The position numbers and the translations under genes were made by a program. This document shows positions 7,536-16,441 of a DNA stretch of 46,740 nt, piece after piece. The first letter of the stretch is position 1. Every line of letters starts with the position of its first letter. This stretch comes from Candidatus Uhrbacteria bacterium CG10_big_fil_rev_8_21_14_0_10_50_16. GTDB lineage: Bacteria > Patescibacteriota > Patescibacteriia > UBA9934 > UBA11717. A model generated the notes under the pieces. It had not been told where the DNA came from. It made no database searches and saw only the letters and a list, made by a program, of their open reading frames with translations. The stretch is taken from contig PCYM01000006.1 in NCBI GenBank assembly GCA_002774875.1, positions 91,095 to 137,834 of the forward strand. Direction: 5' to 3'.

Positions 7536-8519
7536 TTAGAGAGTATACGGCTCAACGCGGATTTGACCAAGTCGACGCGATCCTGGCATACGATCGAGGA
7601 TGCCGTTTTTTGCGCCGACTTTTTGAATGACGCTTTCCGCATTGATGGTGGCAAGTCGTATTGCCATGATCGGATCTTGGAAGACGATCATTCCTGCCGT
7701 GAATGCAGAGCCGAACGCATCACCGGCACCCGTGGTGTTTGTTGGAGCAATGTTGCCTGGAAAGGCGAAGAACGTTTCTCCTCCGTTGGATGCATACGCA
7801 CCATGATTCCCATCTGTAATAACGACTGCTCCACCAACATGCTCGTTGAGTCGTTTGATGATCGTGCGTAAATCCGATGGTGCGAGCCGTGTGAGTTGTG
7901 CGGCTTCCTCGCGATTCAGCGAGAGGATATCTGTTCGTCTGAGAAGAGGCGCGAGTTTATTGAGACCTTGCTTGAGACTCGCCGAACCTGGGTTCCATGT
8001 GACGTGGATGTCGTTTGTGGCAGCATGCGCAAAAATCTTTTTGAGCAATCCAAGGTCTCCGTTGAGACTACTAAGATACAGCCACTTGCAGGTCATCCTC
8101 TCCCAAGGAAGCTCTTTTGCCTGTACGCTTGCCGATGCTCCCCGATAAACAAGTGCCGTGCGTCGTCCATCGTTGGTCGTAAGGAGTGTCGAGTAGCCTG
8201 TCTGTTCTTTGTCGGTTGAGATTAAAAGATTTGTATGGACCCCGTGCGTACGAAGATCATTGATAATGTCACGTCCTGTATCGTCTGCTCCGATTTTAGC
8301 GATGCAAGATGTCTTAAGCCCTAAATGCGCGAATGTTGCGGCGGCATTGGTAGCTCCTCCACCGGAGGAAAAGTAGGGAGCCTCGACCTCCAGTTTTCCC
8401 CCCAAGACAAAACAGGCCTCGGGAATTGTGTTGGTTCCGCGTTCTTCGACAATAAAATCCTTGCTCTGTACGTAGACATCGCGGACAGCAGCACCAATGG
8501 TAATTACGTCGAAGTTCAT
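7536..8519 (-). CDS. PfkB-family carbohydrate kinase (ribokinase-like)
   Basis: The C-terminal PfkB signature is TTGAGDAFGSAF. The ATG at 8517-8519 overlaps the aldolase stop (ATGA). The track start at 8525 is a GTG. Confidence 0.85.
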   Translation of the reverse strand: MNFDVITIGAAVRDVYVQSKDFIVEERGTNTIPEACFVLGGKLEVEAPYFSSGGGATNAAATFAHLGLKTSCIAKIGADDTGRDIINDLRTHGVHTNLLISTDKEQTGYSTLLTTNDGRRTALVYRGASASVQAKELPWERMTCKWLYLSSLNGDLGLLKKIFAHAATNDIHVTWNPGSASLKQGLNKLAPLLRRTDILSLNREEAAQLTRLAPSDLRTIIKRLNEHVGGAVVITDGNHGAYASNGGETFFAFPGNIAPTNTTGAGDAFGSAFTAGMIVFQDPIMAIRLATINAESVIQKVGAKNGILDRMPGSRRLGQIRVEPYTL

Positions 8520-9442
8520 GTACACGTGTTAGAAGTTCCAAAAAGTCGAATTTTACGCATCACCTCTTTTTTAATCGCCTCTCGACCGGCACCGAGGTAC
8601 TTGCGTGGGTCCATATTATCGGGGTGAAGCGTCATGTACTTATCTACGGCACCCGTAAACGCGAGGCGAAGGTCTGAGTCTATGTTGACCTTTCCAATGC
8701 CGCCGGCAATAAGCTTTCGAATTTGTGAGGGGGCAATTCCTTTTGCTGTTGGAAGGTGAGCACCGTACGTTTGAACGACGTTGACCAAATTTGCTGGGAT
8801 TCCGCTTGCGCCGTGAAGGACGAGGGGAATTGACGTTTGTGCACGGATAAGTGCGAGTCGCTTGTAGTCGAGTTTTGATCCACCGAGAAACTTGGTCACT
8901 CCATGTGCGGTGCCAATGGAGATAGCGAGTGAGTCACACCCGGTCTCTTTAACGAACTGTTTTACCAGGGCAGGATCCGTCATGAACGCGTCACGAGCGT
9001 GCACGTCCAAATCATCTTCCTTCCCCGGAATAGGTCCCAACTCTGCCTCGACCCAGATTTTTTTTGCATGCGCCAGTGCCACGATCTCTTTTGTAATAGC
9101 GACGTTTTCTTTGTAAGGATGAGACGAACCATCGATCATCACACTTGTGTACCAGCTGCTTGCAATAGCCTCTTTAACAAGACGGACATTGGTGCCGTGA
9201 TCAAGATGAAAGACAACAGGAACATCGACATCGTTTGCTATTGTATGAACCATTGAGCCGAGTAAATCCATTCCTGCGTATTCAATAGCGCCCTGCGACG
9301 TCTGAATAATCACAGGAGCATTTTCTTCTACGGCTGCCTCGACGATTCCTTGAAGCGCCTCCAAATTGTTGATGTTAAAGGCACCAATGGCATAGTGATT
9401 CTTGGTTGCTTGTTTAAGGATGACGTTTGGGGAGACGAGCAT
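8516..9442 (-). CDS. fba: Class II fructose-bisphosphate aldolase family protein
   Basis: 308-aa ORF with HYAIGAFN, the metal-site motif VVFHLDHG, and VLHGASG. Confidence 0.9.
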   Translation of the reverse strand: MLVSPNVILKQATKNHYAIGAFNINNLEALQGIVEAAVEENAPVIIQTSQGAIEYAGMDLLGSMVHTIANDVDVPVVFHLDHGTNVRLVKEAIASSWYTSVMIDGSSHPYKENVAITKEIVALAHAKKIWVEAELGPIPGKEDDLDVHARDAFMTDPALVKQFVKETGCDSLAISIGTAHGVTKFLGGSKLDYKRLALIRAQTSIPLVLHGASGIPANLVNVVQTYGAHLPTAKGIAPSQIRKLIAGGIGKVNIDSDLRLAFTGAVDKYMTLHPDNMDPRKYLGAGREAIKKEVMRKIRLFGTSNTCT

Positions 9443-9450
9443 AAAAGTCG

Positions 9451-10425
9451 TTAGGATTTTAGCGTTTCAATGGAATAGGCGTGTGTTGTGAGCTGCTCCT
9501 GAATCTGCTGACGCGTGAGTAATCCCTTTTGTGGACCGACAAATTGAATGACCTGTGCTGCATTGATGGAACCCCAGGTAAGTGCTGTGGAAAGGTCCAA
9601 ATCGGAAATAAATGCTGCCAGAATGCCTGTAGCCATGGCATCTCCTGCACCGGTCGCCTCTACACATGTACCTGTAAACACGGGTGCGTGATAGATAACC
9701 GCATTTTCCGTCCCAAATGCTCCGTTCTCACCATCTGTAAGGATAACAACGCGTGGTCCCATTGCCTGTAATCCGCGCAGAAGAGCTGAGATATTGTTAG
9801 AATCTACATGAAGTAATAACATTGCCTCCTCCTTATTAACAATCAACAGATCGCAGACGCGGATAAGGTCAAAGAGGCTTGCGTCTAATTCTTCTAACTG
9901 GATTGCGCCAGGGTTGATGCTGAGCTTGAGGTTCTTTTCTTGTTTGAGGCGAACGAGATCCTTAAAAAGGGAACGGTAATTGGGCCCCATTTCTGTCACG
10001 AATATCCACTGAGTCTCAACTGTGCTTGGAATGGTGTAGGTATGAGGATGATGGACGGCGAGAATTGTGCTCTCGCCCTGAAAATTGAGCACAGCGGAGA
10101 AACTACTTTGTTCTCCTTCTGCGACCATAATGTAATCCGTAGAGATACCTTCTTTTTTTAACGTATCGAGGGCAAGTGTTGCGGTTGTGTCATTGCCAAC
10201 CACGCTTAAAATGCTCGTTGAGAGTCCAAGCCGACGTGCACCTATCGCTACGTTGGGAGCCGATCCTGCCATCATGGAGACAGCAGAATCCACCGGAATT
10301 TTTTGTCCGTACTTGATACGCATTTCGCATGTGCGCGTGTCTTTTTCGCACAACAATTTTGCGTCGTCTCCAAGATCAATAAAGACGTCTAATTTAATAT
10401 CCCCAATGGTCAATAGGTCGTACAT
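9451..10425 (-). CDS. PfkB-family carbohydrate kinase (second copy; substrate unknown)
   Basis: 324-aa ORF with the PfkB signature EATGAGDAMATG. It is divergent from the first PfkB copy. Confidence 0.85.
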   Translation of the reverse strand: MYDLLTIGDIKLDVFIDLGDDAKLLCEKDTRTCEMRIKYGQKIPVDSAVSMMAGSAPNVAIGARRLGLSTSILSVVGNDTTATLALDTLKKEGISTDYIMVAEGEQSSFSAVLNFQGESTILAVHHPHTYTIPSTVETQWIFVTEMGPNYRSLFKDLVRLKQEKNLKLSINPGAIQLEELDASLFDLIRVCDLLIVNKEEAMLLLHVDSNNISALLRGLQAMGPRVVILTDGENGAFGTENAVIYHAPVFTGTCVEATGAGDAMATGILAAFISDLDLSTALTWGSINAAQVIQFVGPQKGLLTRQQIQEQLTTHAYSIETLKS

Positions 10426-10433
10426 GTATCTTC

Positions 10434-10442
10434 ATTATACCA
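10434..10442 (-). promoter_or_regulatory. Extended -10 promoter (TGGTATAAT) 8 nt upstream of the ATG at 10425
   Basis: The rc of attatacca is TGGTATAAT. There is no Shine-Dalgarno site. Confidence 0.5.
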
Positions 10443-10446
10443 GGTA

Positions 10447-10474
10447 AAACAAAACAGGCAGTGTCTGCCTGTTT
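10447..10474 (-). terminator. Intrinsic terminator of the pilin gene
   Basis: Stem ACAGGCAG/CTGCCTGT with a T-run on the minus strand (TTTTGTTTT). Confidence 0.7.
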
Positions 10475-10482
10475 GTAACCAC

Positions 10483-10965
10483 TTAGTGTGTGAGGGAAAT
10501 CGTTGCGGCTGCTTCTGGATCGCAGCTACCAACTTCTATTGTTCCGTTTGCATTCCTTGCGAGATAATAATCTGTGTTTGCGGCGGTTCCGGTGCTAGGG
10601 TCCATTGGAACGCTACCAAGGTATCCATCTGTTACAAGAGCGGTGAGGTCCACACACGCTGCTTGCGTGGTCTGCGCGGTACAGGTTGTGTTACAACCTG
10701 TTGCGTCTGTTCCGATGACGTAGAAGAGATCATCGGTCAACGCAGTGATTGTGGCCGTGTAGGCGCCACCGTTGTCTACTTGGTTTAACGTTGCGGCACC
10801 TGCAATACTGGAGACGTCGTTCCAACGCGTTGAATCACGGGATTCCTTAAATCGCTTTACAGGGTCTAATGCGATAAAGACGGCTGCGGCTAAAATAGCG
10901 ATAATAGCCACAACGATCAGCAGCTCGACCAGGGTAAAACCAGACTTATGTGTTGTTTTTTGCAT
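10483..10965 (-). CDS. Type IV pilin (major pilin candidate)
   Basis: The prepilin leader and cleavage/methylation motif is MQKTTHKSG|FTLVELLIVVAIIAILAA, with Glu at +5. Confidence 0.85.
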   Translation of the reverse strand: MQKTTHKSGFTLVELLIVVAIIAILAAAVFIALDPVKRFKESRDSTRWNDVSSIAGAATLNQVDNGGAYTATITALTDDLFYVIGTDATGCNTTCTAQTTQAACVDLTALVTDGYLGSVPMDPSTGTAANTDYYLARNANGTIEVGSCDPEAAATISLTH

Positions 10966-11065
10966 ACGAATAATTATGAACTATGGTCCTAGTATACGTG
11001 GTGATCGCTACAAATACCACTGGGCCTGTGGACGAAGTCAGGATTCTAGGTGAAGAAATTTGGGG

Positions 11066-11071
11066 TATACT
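11066..11071 (+). promoter_or_regulatory. -10 box TATACT 6 nt upstream of the pilB ATG
   Basis: Read as ggggTATACTgtgtgtATG. There is no Shine-Dalgarno site. Confidence 0.4.
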
Positions 11072-11077
11072 GTGTGT

Positions 11078-12376
11078 ATGGAACTAAAAATGGACAATCA
11101 ACAACCGGAGAAGATGCCGCCGCTCGCACCCGTTGGGCTCGTCCCAACAAAGGAGGATATCGAGAAACTTATTTTACTCGCCGCGCATGACACTGCGCAC
11201 GATACGGCAGTAAAGGTTTTTACGGCTGTTACACAGTATGCCTATAGGGCTCGTGCTTCTGATATTCATTTTGAGCCAGAAGAAAAACTCGCCATTATCC
11301 GTATTCGCATTGACGGTATCTTGCATGATCTTTTTCAATTACCCCCGGTATTACATAAACAAATTGTCGCGGTGTTGAAGTTGATGACGCACATGCGAAC
11401 GGACGAACATCGTGCGCCTCAAGATGGGCGTTATTCATTTTTGACCTCTGATGGAGAGGTAGATGTGCGTGCATCGGTTATTGCAGTGACAAATGGAGAG
11501 AAGATCGTACTTCGACTGCTTTCCAGTACATCTCATTCGCTTGGGCTGGAGGAGCTTGGTTTCTCAGAACAGGATTTATTGCGTGTCCAACGTGCGATTC
11601 GACGTCCTTGGGGAATGATTTTATCTACCGGTCCAACTGGAAGCGGAAAAACCACCTCTATTTACGCGATTTTGGAGATTTTGAATACGCGTGAGGTGAA
11701 CATTGCAACCATCGAGGATCCGGTTGAGTACGACATTGAGGGGGTTAACCAGAGTCAGGTGGATCCAGCTGCCAAACTCACGTTCGCGGCAGGACTACGC
11801 TCCATTGTGCGACAGGACCCAGATATTATTATGGTGGGTGAGATTCGTGACGAGGAGACAGCAAGCATTGCGGTGAATGCGGCGCTCACGGGTCATAAAC
11901 TGCTTTCAACGATTCATACCAACAACTCAGCTTCTACCATCCTGCGCTTGCTTGATATGAATGTGGAGCCATTCTTAATTTCTTCGACGCTGATCTGTGC
12001 TATTGCGCAGCGCTTGGTTCGACGCGTCTGCGATGATTGTCATAAAGTAAAAGAGCTTTCTCGAGAAGAAGTCGTGAAGATTTTAGGAGAATCGCTTGCA
12101 GGCGAACTCATAAACGGCAAGACAACGGTGGCGGTCGCAGAAGTCGTTGGATGCGCGACGTGTAATGATACGGGGTACAAGGGGCGTATCGGAATTTACG
12201 AGGTGTTGGAAAATACAAAGACGATTCAAAAACTCATCATCGATCATACGGATGCGGACACGATTGAACAGGCAGCCATAAAAGAGGGGATGACGACCAT
12301 TGCACAAGACGGTGTCAGAAAAATTCGATTACAGCTTACGACGCTAGAGGAGTTGGTGCGTGTGATGAGTGAATAA
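11078..12376 (+). CDS. pilB: Type IV pilus assembly ATPase (GspE/PilB family)
   Basis: Contains Walker A GPTGSGKTT, an Asp box, Walker B-like DPDIIMVGEIRD, and the tetracysteine CDDC...CATC. The track TTG start was trimmed to the first ATG (MELKMDN). Confidence 0.9.
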   Translation: MELKMDNQQPEKMPPLAPVGLVPTKEDIEKLILLAAHDTAHDTAVKVFTAVTQYAYRARASDIHFEPEEKLAIIRIRIDGILHDLFQLPPVLHKQIVAVLKLMTHMRTDEHRAPQDGRYSFLTSDGEVDVRASVIAVTNGEKIVLRLLSSTSHSLGLEELGFSEQDLLRVQRAIRRPWGMILSTGPTGSGKTTSIYAILEILNTREVNIATIEDPVEYDIEGVNQSQVDPAAKLTFAAGLRSIVRQDPDIIMVGEIRDEETASIAVNAALTGHKLLSTIHTNNSASTILRLLDMNVEPFLISSTLICAIAQRLVRRVCDDCHKVKELSREEVVKILGESLAGELINGKTTVAVAEVVGCATCNDTGYKGRIGIYEVLENTKTIQKLIIDHTDADTIEQAAIKEGMTTIAQDGVRKIRLQLTTLEELVRVMSE

Positions 12377-12377
12377 T

Positions 12378-13496
12378 ATGCGATCGTCCAAAACAAAACT
12401 CACAGACAACGTGGGAAAGATTAAAAAACCGCAGCCGCTCTGGTTGCAGCATTTTACGGTACGTTTGTCGCATGTGGATCGATTAATGTTTACAAAATAT
12501 TTGGCTGTTTTATTGCGTTCTGGGATTCCAATAGGGGACGCGCTGGAAATTATTGGTGGTCAAACAAAAGCGGGTCCGTTAAAGACGGTGTTGGATGCGA
12601 TTGAACAATCGATTCAAGATGGCAACACGCTTTCCTCGGGGTTTGCAAAGTTTCCATGGATCTTTGACTCGGTGTACGTCAACCTCATTGCTGCCGGCGA
12701 GGCCTCCGGAACATTGCAACAGAACCTTGATCACCTTACGGAACAAAAACAAAAAGAGCATGAGTTGGTACAGAAAGTACGAGGGGCGCTTATGTACCCG
12801 ATCGTTATATTGATTGGGGGGTTTATTTTGTCGATTGGTATTGTCGTCTTTATTTTGCCAAACGTGGTGGATGTTTTTAAAACGTTGAACGTGCAGTTGC
12901 CGTGGACAACACGTGTGTTGTTGGGACTGGCATCGTTTATTAACGAACATGGCTTTTTGACACTCGCCATGTCTGTTGGGTTTGTTGCGGTAATTCTTGG
13001 GATTCGCAAGATTCGTGCTCTGCAGCCTTTTTTTCATAAAGCGTTAATGTATATCCCTGTGTTTGGTTCCATCGTGCGCTACGTAAACCTCACACGCATG
13101 ACGCGATTACTTGGAACAATGCTGCAAAGTGGATCAACGATGGGGGACGCACTTCCGATTGCGACAACTGTGCTCAAGAATGCTTATTACCGTGGCCTCA
13201 TGGTTAAGTTGGAAGGGGAGTTAAAACGTGGGCGCGTGATGGCGAGTGAAATGGCAAAATATCCTCGCGCGTTTCCGCCGATGATGACGCGTATGACTCG
13301 TGTGGGAGAGGAATCTGGATTATTGGGAGAGATGATGGGGTATTTGGCAGATTTTTACGAGCAGGAAGTGGACGACATGATGCGTAACCTCTCAAACCTT
13401 CTTGAACCAATCCTACTTGTGATTATTGGTGTCATGGTGGCTGTTTTGGCATTGTCTGTGATCTCGCCGATTTATCAGGTGGTCGGTGCCTTTTAA
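12378..13496 (+). CDS. pilC: Type IV pilus platform protein (GspF/PilC family)
   Basis: Polytopic membrane protein with duplicated T2SS-F-type segments. The ATG is 2 nt after the pilB stop. Confidence 0.9.
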   Translation: MRSSKTKLTDNVGKIKKPQPLWLQHFTVRLSHVDRLMFTKYLAVLLRSGIPIGDALEIIGGQTKAGPLKTVLDAIEQSIQDGNTLSSGFAKFPWIFDSVYVNLIAAGEASGTLQQNLDHLTEQKQKEHELVQKVRGALMYPIVILIGGFILSIGIVVFILPNVVDVFKTLNVQLPWTTRVLLGLASFINEHGFLTLAMSVGFVAVILGIRKIRALQPFFHKALMYIPVFGSIVRYVNLTRMTRLLGTMLQSGSTMGDALPIATTVLKNAYYRGLMVKLEGELKRGRVMASEMAKYPRAFPPMMTRMTRVGEESGLLGEMMGYLADFYEQEVDDMMRNLSNLLEPILLVIIGVMVAVLALSVISPIYQVVGAF

Positions 13497-13497
13497 T

Positions 13498-13989
13498 ATG
13501 CATATGCGAGGATTCACCCTGCTTGAAATGATTATCTCTATTGGCGTGTTTGTGTTGATTATCGGAACATCATTCATGGCGATGACCTCCATCGCGCGGT
13601 CATTAAAGGAACGTCAGGGAGTGGAGCTTTTGTTTGATGCAATAAGTCAGGCACAGACACATGCGCAAACGGCAACGGACGGAAGTGCGTGGGGTGTGTA
13701 TCTAGATTACGATAATACGACGCACGTTCTAACAGACGCAATGGTGTTTGCAGGGGAGACATTTGTCGGGCGAAATACGGTTCAAGATCGTGCGGTCACC
13801 ATGCCAGAAGGGGTCGAGATCCTTGAGGCAATGTTGTCTGGTTTGGGAGTCTCGACAGGGTATGATCATGAAATTATTTTTGATGTTTTGCGAGGAAGTA
13901 CTGCAAACTATGGATCCATGATTATTCAGGCTGGTGGTGTTGAGACAAAGCTTATTATTAGTCCAAGTGGCTATGTGGTTCGAGAATAA
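13498..13989 (+). CDS. Minor pilin / pseudopilin
   Basis: The leader is MHMRG|FTLLEMIISIGVFVLI with Glu at +5. The ATG is 2 nt after the pilC stop. Confidence 0.75.
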   Translation: MHMRGFTLLEMIISIGVFVLIIGTSFMAMTSIARSLKERQGVELLFDAISQAQTHAQTATDGSAWGVYLDYDNTTHVLTDAMVFAGETFVGRNTVQDRAVTMPEGVEILEAMLSGLGVSTGYDHEIIFDVLRGSTANYGSMIIQAGGVETKLIISPSGYVVRE

Positions 13990-14845
13990 AAAGCGGCCTC
14001 GCGGAACAATAGTGGTAGAAGTACTGATCGCAATTGGACTGACAGCCGTGCTGGTTGTGTCTGCTGTGTCGTTAACAGTACGTGTACGACGTATGATTGA
14101 GCAGACAAGTGTAGAGGCTCGTGGGGCGATGTTGGCGCAAGAGGGACTGGCGGCGCTACAAGGTGTCTCTTTTGATGATCTGAACTCAGGAACAACGGGT
14201 GCACTTGAATGGTCCAACCCTTCGTGGAACGTTGTACCTGGCACAACGGAGGTAATTGATGATTTTACTCGTATTGTTAGTGTTGAACCTGTTTATCGAG
14301 ATGGTAGCTGCTTGGTTGTAACGAGTGGCGGAACAGTGGATCCGGATAGCTTGTTACTCAAAAGCAAGACATCTTGGACGACGCTTAGCGGTGCCGATCG
14401 TTCCGTTACCTCTACGTCGCATCGAACACGCTGGAATAATCCACAAGGATCCTGTTTTCTGCCGGCACAGGCGGGGAATATCTCGATCGACCTAACGATT
14501 GCTGGATGGCAAGGAGAAAAGCAACTACGTGACGTTTATATAGAGAATACAGGGACACAATCGGTAACGATTGATAAAATTCGGTTCGAATGGAATTCTT
14601 CTGCAACGATCAATCAGGTATTCTTGGAGTTGGATAAGGTCTGGTCCTCTGGGGGGCCGGGAACGCCACTGGGTGTTCAAAATTCTATCGCGGAATTGGA
14701 TATTGTAGATGTGAATATTGATCCGGGCAATCGCGACCAAATGCACAAGGTGCAGTTCTCGCAAGAGATGGAAAACGTGACACTAACCATTACGTTGATT
14801 TTTACTGATGGTACCGAGTTGAGCTCAGGACCGTTTACGCCGTAA
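13973..14845 (+). CDS. Large pseudopilin-like protein (290 aa)
   Basis: The N-terminus MWFENKKRPRG|TIVVEVLIAIGLTAVLVV has Gly at -1 and Glu at +5, but position +1 is not Phe. It overlaps the upstream gene by 17 nt. Confidence 0.55.
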   Translation: MWFENKKRPRGTIVVEVLIAIGLTAVLVVSAVSLTVRVRRMIEQTSVEARGAMLAQEGLAALQGVSFDDLNSGTTGALEWSNPSWNVVPGTTEVIDDFTRIVSVEPVYRDGSCLVVTSGGTVDPDSLLLKSKTSWTTLSGADRSVTSTSHRTRWNNPQGSCFLPAQAGNISIDLTIAGWQGEKQLRDVYIENTGTQSVTIDKIRFEWNSSATINQVFLELDKVWSSGGPGTPLGVQNSIAELDIVDVNIDPGNRDQMHKVQFSQEMENVTLTITLIFTDGTELSSGPFTP

Positions 14846-14846
14846 T

Positions 14847-15398
14847 ATGAATAAACGCGGATTCACGTTGATGGAACTTATCATTTATATTGGCATCCTC
14901 TCATTGTTGCTGGGAAGTTTTGTTGGGATTGTTGTGCGATTGTCGCGTGCGCAGGGACAAGTAGGGTCGGTTGTGTACTCCACGCGTACACGTTCTACGA
15001 TTGATTGGTCCCTACGACATGAATTGACAGAGGCGCAATTAATCCGCGTGTCAGCATCCACACTTAGCGTTGATCCAAGCCGTTTAATTTACCTAGATGC
15101 AGATGGTAACCAGGTTACCCTGGAGGTGGTAAACGACACGGTGCTTTTTAATGGGGTTTCTGTAACGGTGGAGCGACTGCGTCTTACACGTGGGGCGGCA
15201 GATCCTGAGTGGGTGACCGATCGCACGATCACCGTTTCTTCCTGGGTTGTGGATCCGGTGCGGGATTCGGCGGGGGTGCTTACGGACGTGCGTATCCGTG
15301 GTATTTTGGACGCGGCCGTTGTGGTGAATGCCTACACCGCTCCAGCGCAATTGTTCGAAGCGACGTACCATTTGTTGCCTTCAACATCAGAACTATGA
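14847..15398 (+). CDS. Minor pilin / pseudopilin
   Basis: The leader is MNKRG|FTLMELIIYIGILSLLLG with Glu at +5. Confidence 0.75.
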   Translation: MNKRGFTLMELIIYIGILSLLLGSFVGIVVRLSRAQGQVGSVVYSTRTRSTIDWSLRHELTEAQLIRVSASTLSVDPSRLIYLDADGNQVTLEVVNDTVLFNGVSVTVERLRLTRGAADPEWVTDRTITVSSWVVDPVRDSAGVLTDVRIRGILDAAVVVNAYTAPAQLFEATYHLLPSTSEL

Positions 15399-15784
15399 TC
15401 TCAAAAAAACCAGATGGGTTTGTTGCACTTCTTGTGGTGATTGTTGTTGGTCTTGTGCTGTTGTTTGTAACAGTGTCGCTTGCGGTGATATCGATTCGCA
15501 GAAGTGCGCTGCAGGTGAATGAGCAAAATGGTCGCCTTGCGAGAGGGGCAGTAGAGAGCTGCCTAGACGAGGTGCTTATTTGGCTGGCAATTGATACAAA
15601 CTATGACCCAGGATCCATCGTCACTGGAGCAGGGACATGCTCTGTTATTGTAACATCCCCAACAGGAAGCACACGTGCATTCCAAATGACAAGTAGTGTT
15701 GGTGATGAAACGTATGGGTTTTTAGCAACGATTAATGTGTCCGTTTCGCCAGTATCTGTTGCCTCTGTGCATGAGCAACTATAG
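15395..15784 (+). CDS. Pilus-associated membrane-anchored protein (PilX-like position in the operon)
   Basis: The ATG at 15395 overlaps the upstream stop (ATGA). The N-terminus is MISKKPDG|FVALLVVIVVGLVLL and lacks Glu at +5. The track ORF 15209-15784 has an implausible extension overlapping the previous gene. Confidence 0.5.
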   Translation: MISKKPDGFVALLVVIVVGLVLLFVTVSLAVISIRRSALQVNEQNGRLARGAVESCLDEVLIWLAIDTNYDPGSIVTGAGTCSVIVTSPTGSTRAFQMTSSVGDETYGFLATINVSVSPVSVASVHEQL

Positions 15785-15899
15785 GGATCAGATCGCTGAT
15801 TTAATAATTGCTGTGTGTATCTTATTTTTCACATGTGCGATGATCGCCGTATTCTTGAAATAGGAATATGTCTTAGACGTTGGTTGAACCTAGGAATCA

Positions 15900-15938
15900 C
15901 CAAAACAAAACACCGACGATCGTCGGTGTTTTGTTTGG
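15900..15938. repeat. Palindromic element copy C (core at 15914-15925); also works as a bidirectional terminator hairpin
   Basis: CCAAAACAAAACAC-CGACGATCGTCG-GTGTTTTGTTTGG is a near-perfect hairpin with one bulged A. It lies between convergent genes. Confidence 0.8.
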
Positions 15939-15969
15939 AAGTAATAGGCTCAAATGATATACGAATCTA

Positions 15970-16356
15970 TTACAAACGAAACCAGTCTTTTGGTTTTTTT
16001 GGAAGTCCATGCATAAGAAGCAGGGCAAGGGGAGCGGCCCAGTTTGCGGTTCGCTCGATGAAATCCCAAACGGGTTCGCCGGCGATTGGACGAATGAGCG
16101 CTGTTACCAATCCCCAGAATGCCGCCCAGACAAGTACAATCTTTACCGGCTTGAGTAACGCAAATGCCGCGATGAGAAGATCTAGACATCCGATGAGAAT
16201 TAAGAGCGTCGCGGCAGAATCATACTGAATGCCGACGGCGGAGAAGTACTCAAACCACCCCGCTTTCTGCTGTAAGGCAAAGACGCCGTGTCCCAAAAAG
16301 GTTCCAAAAACGCCAACACGTAAGACCCACTCGGACGAAAGAAATGTTTTCTTCAT
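15970..16356 (-). CDS. Small integral membrane protein (DoxX-like, tentative)
   Basis: 128-aa ORF with four hydrophobic segments. Confidence 0.55.
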   Translation of the reverse strand: MKKTFLSSEWVLRVGVFGTFLGHGVFALQQKAGWFEYFSAVGIQYDSAATLLILIGCLDLLIAAFALLKPVKIVLVWAAFWGLVTALIRPIAGEPVWDFIERTANWAAPLALLLMHGLPKKPKDWFRL

Positions 16357-16441
16357 AAAAAAGTTTAGTGATAGAGAGAGTATAACAAAAAATCCACACC
16401 CACGTATGCTGAGTTGTGCATAACGATTGTGCAGATTTCTA

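Noticed and set aside
15209-15394. N-terminal extension of the last pilus-operon ORF in the track. The same problem affects the long 5' extensions of the track ORFs for tktC (to 17524), DUF4349 (to 18492), truB (to 44662), infB (from 44247), DUF4012 (to 31957) and GT4 (to 33117).
   Set aside because: The extensions overlap the preceding gene or, for truB and infB, the divergent neighbour. Internal ATGs placed right after the upstream stop give canonical N-termini. Several track starts are GTG or TTG.
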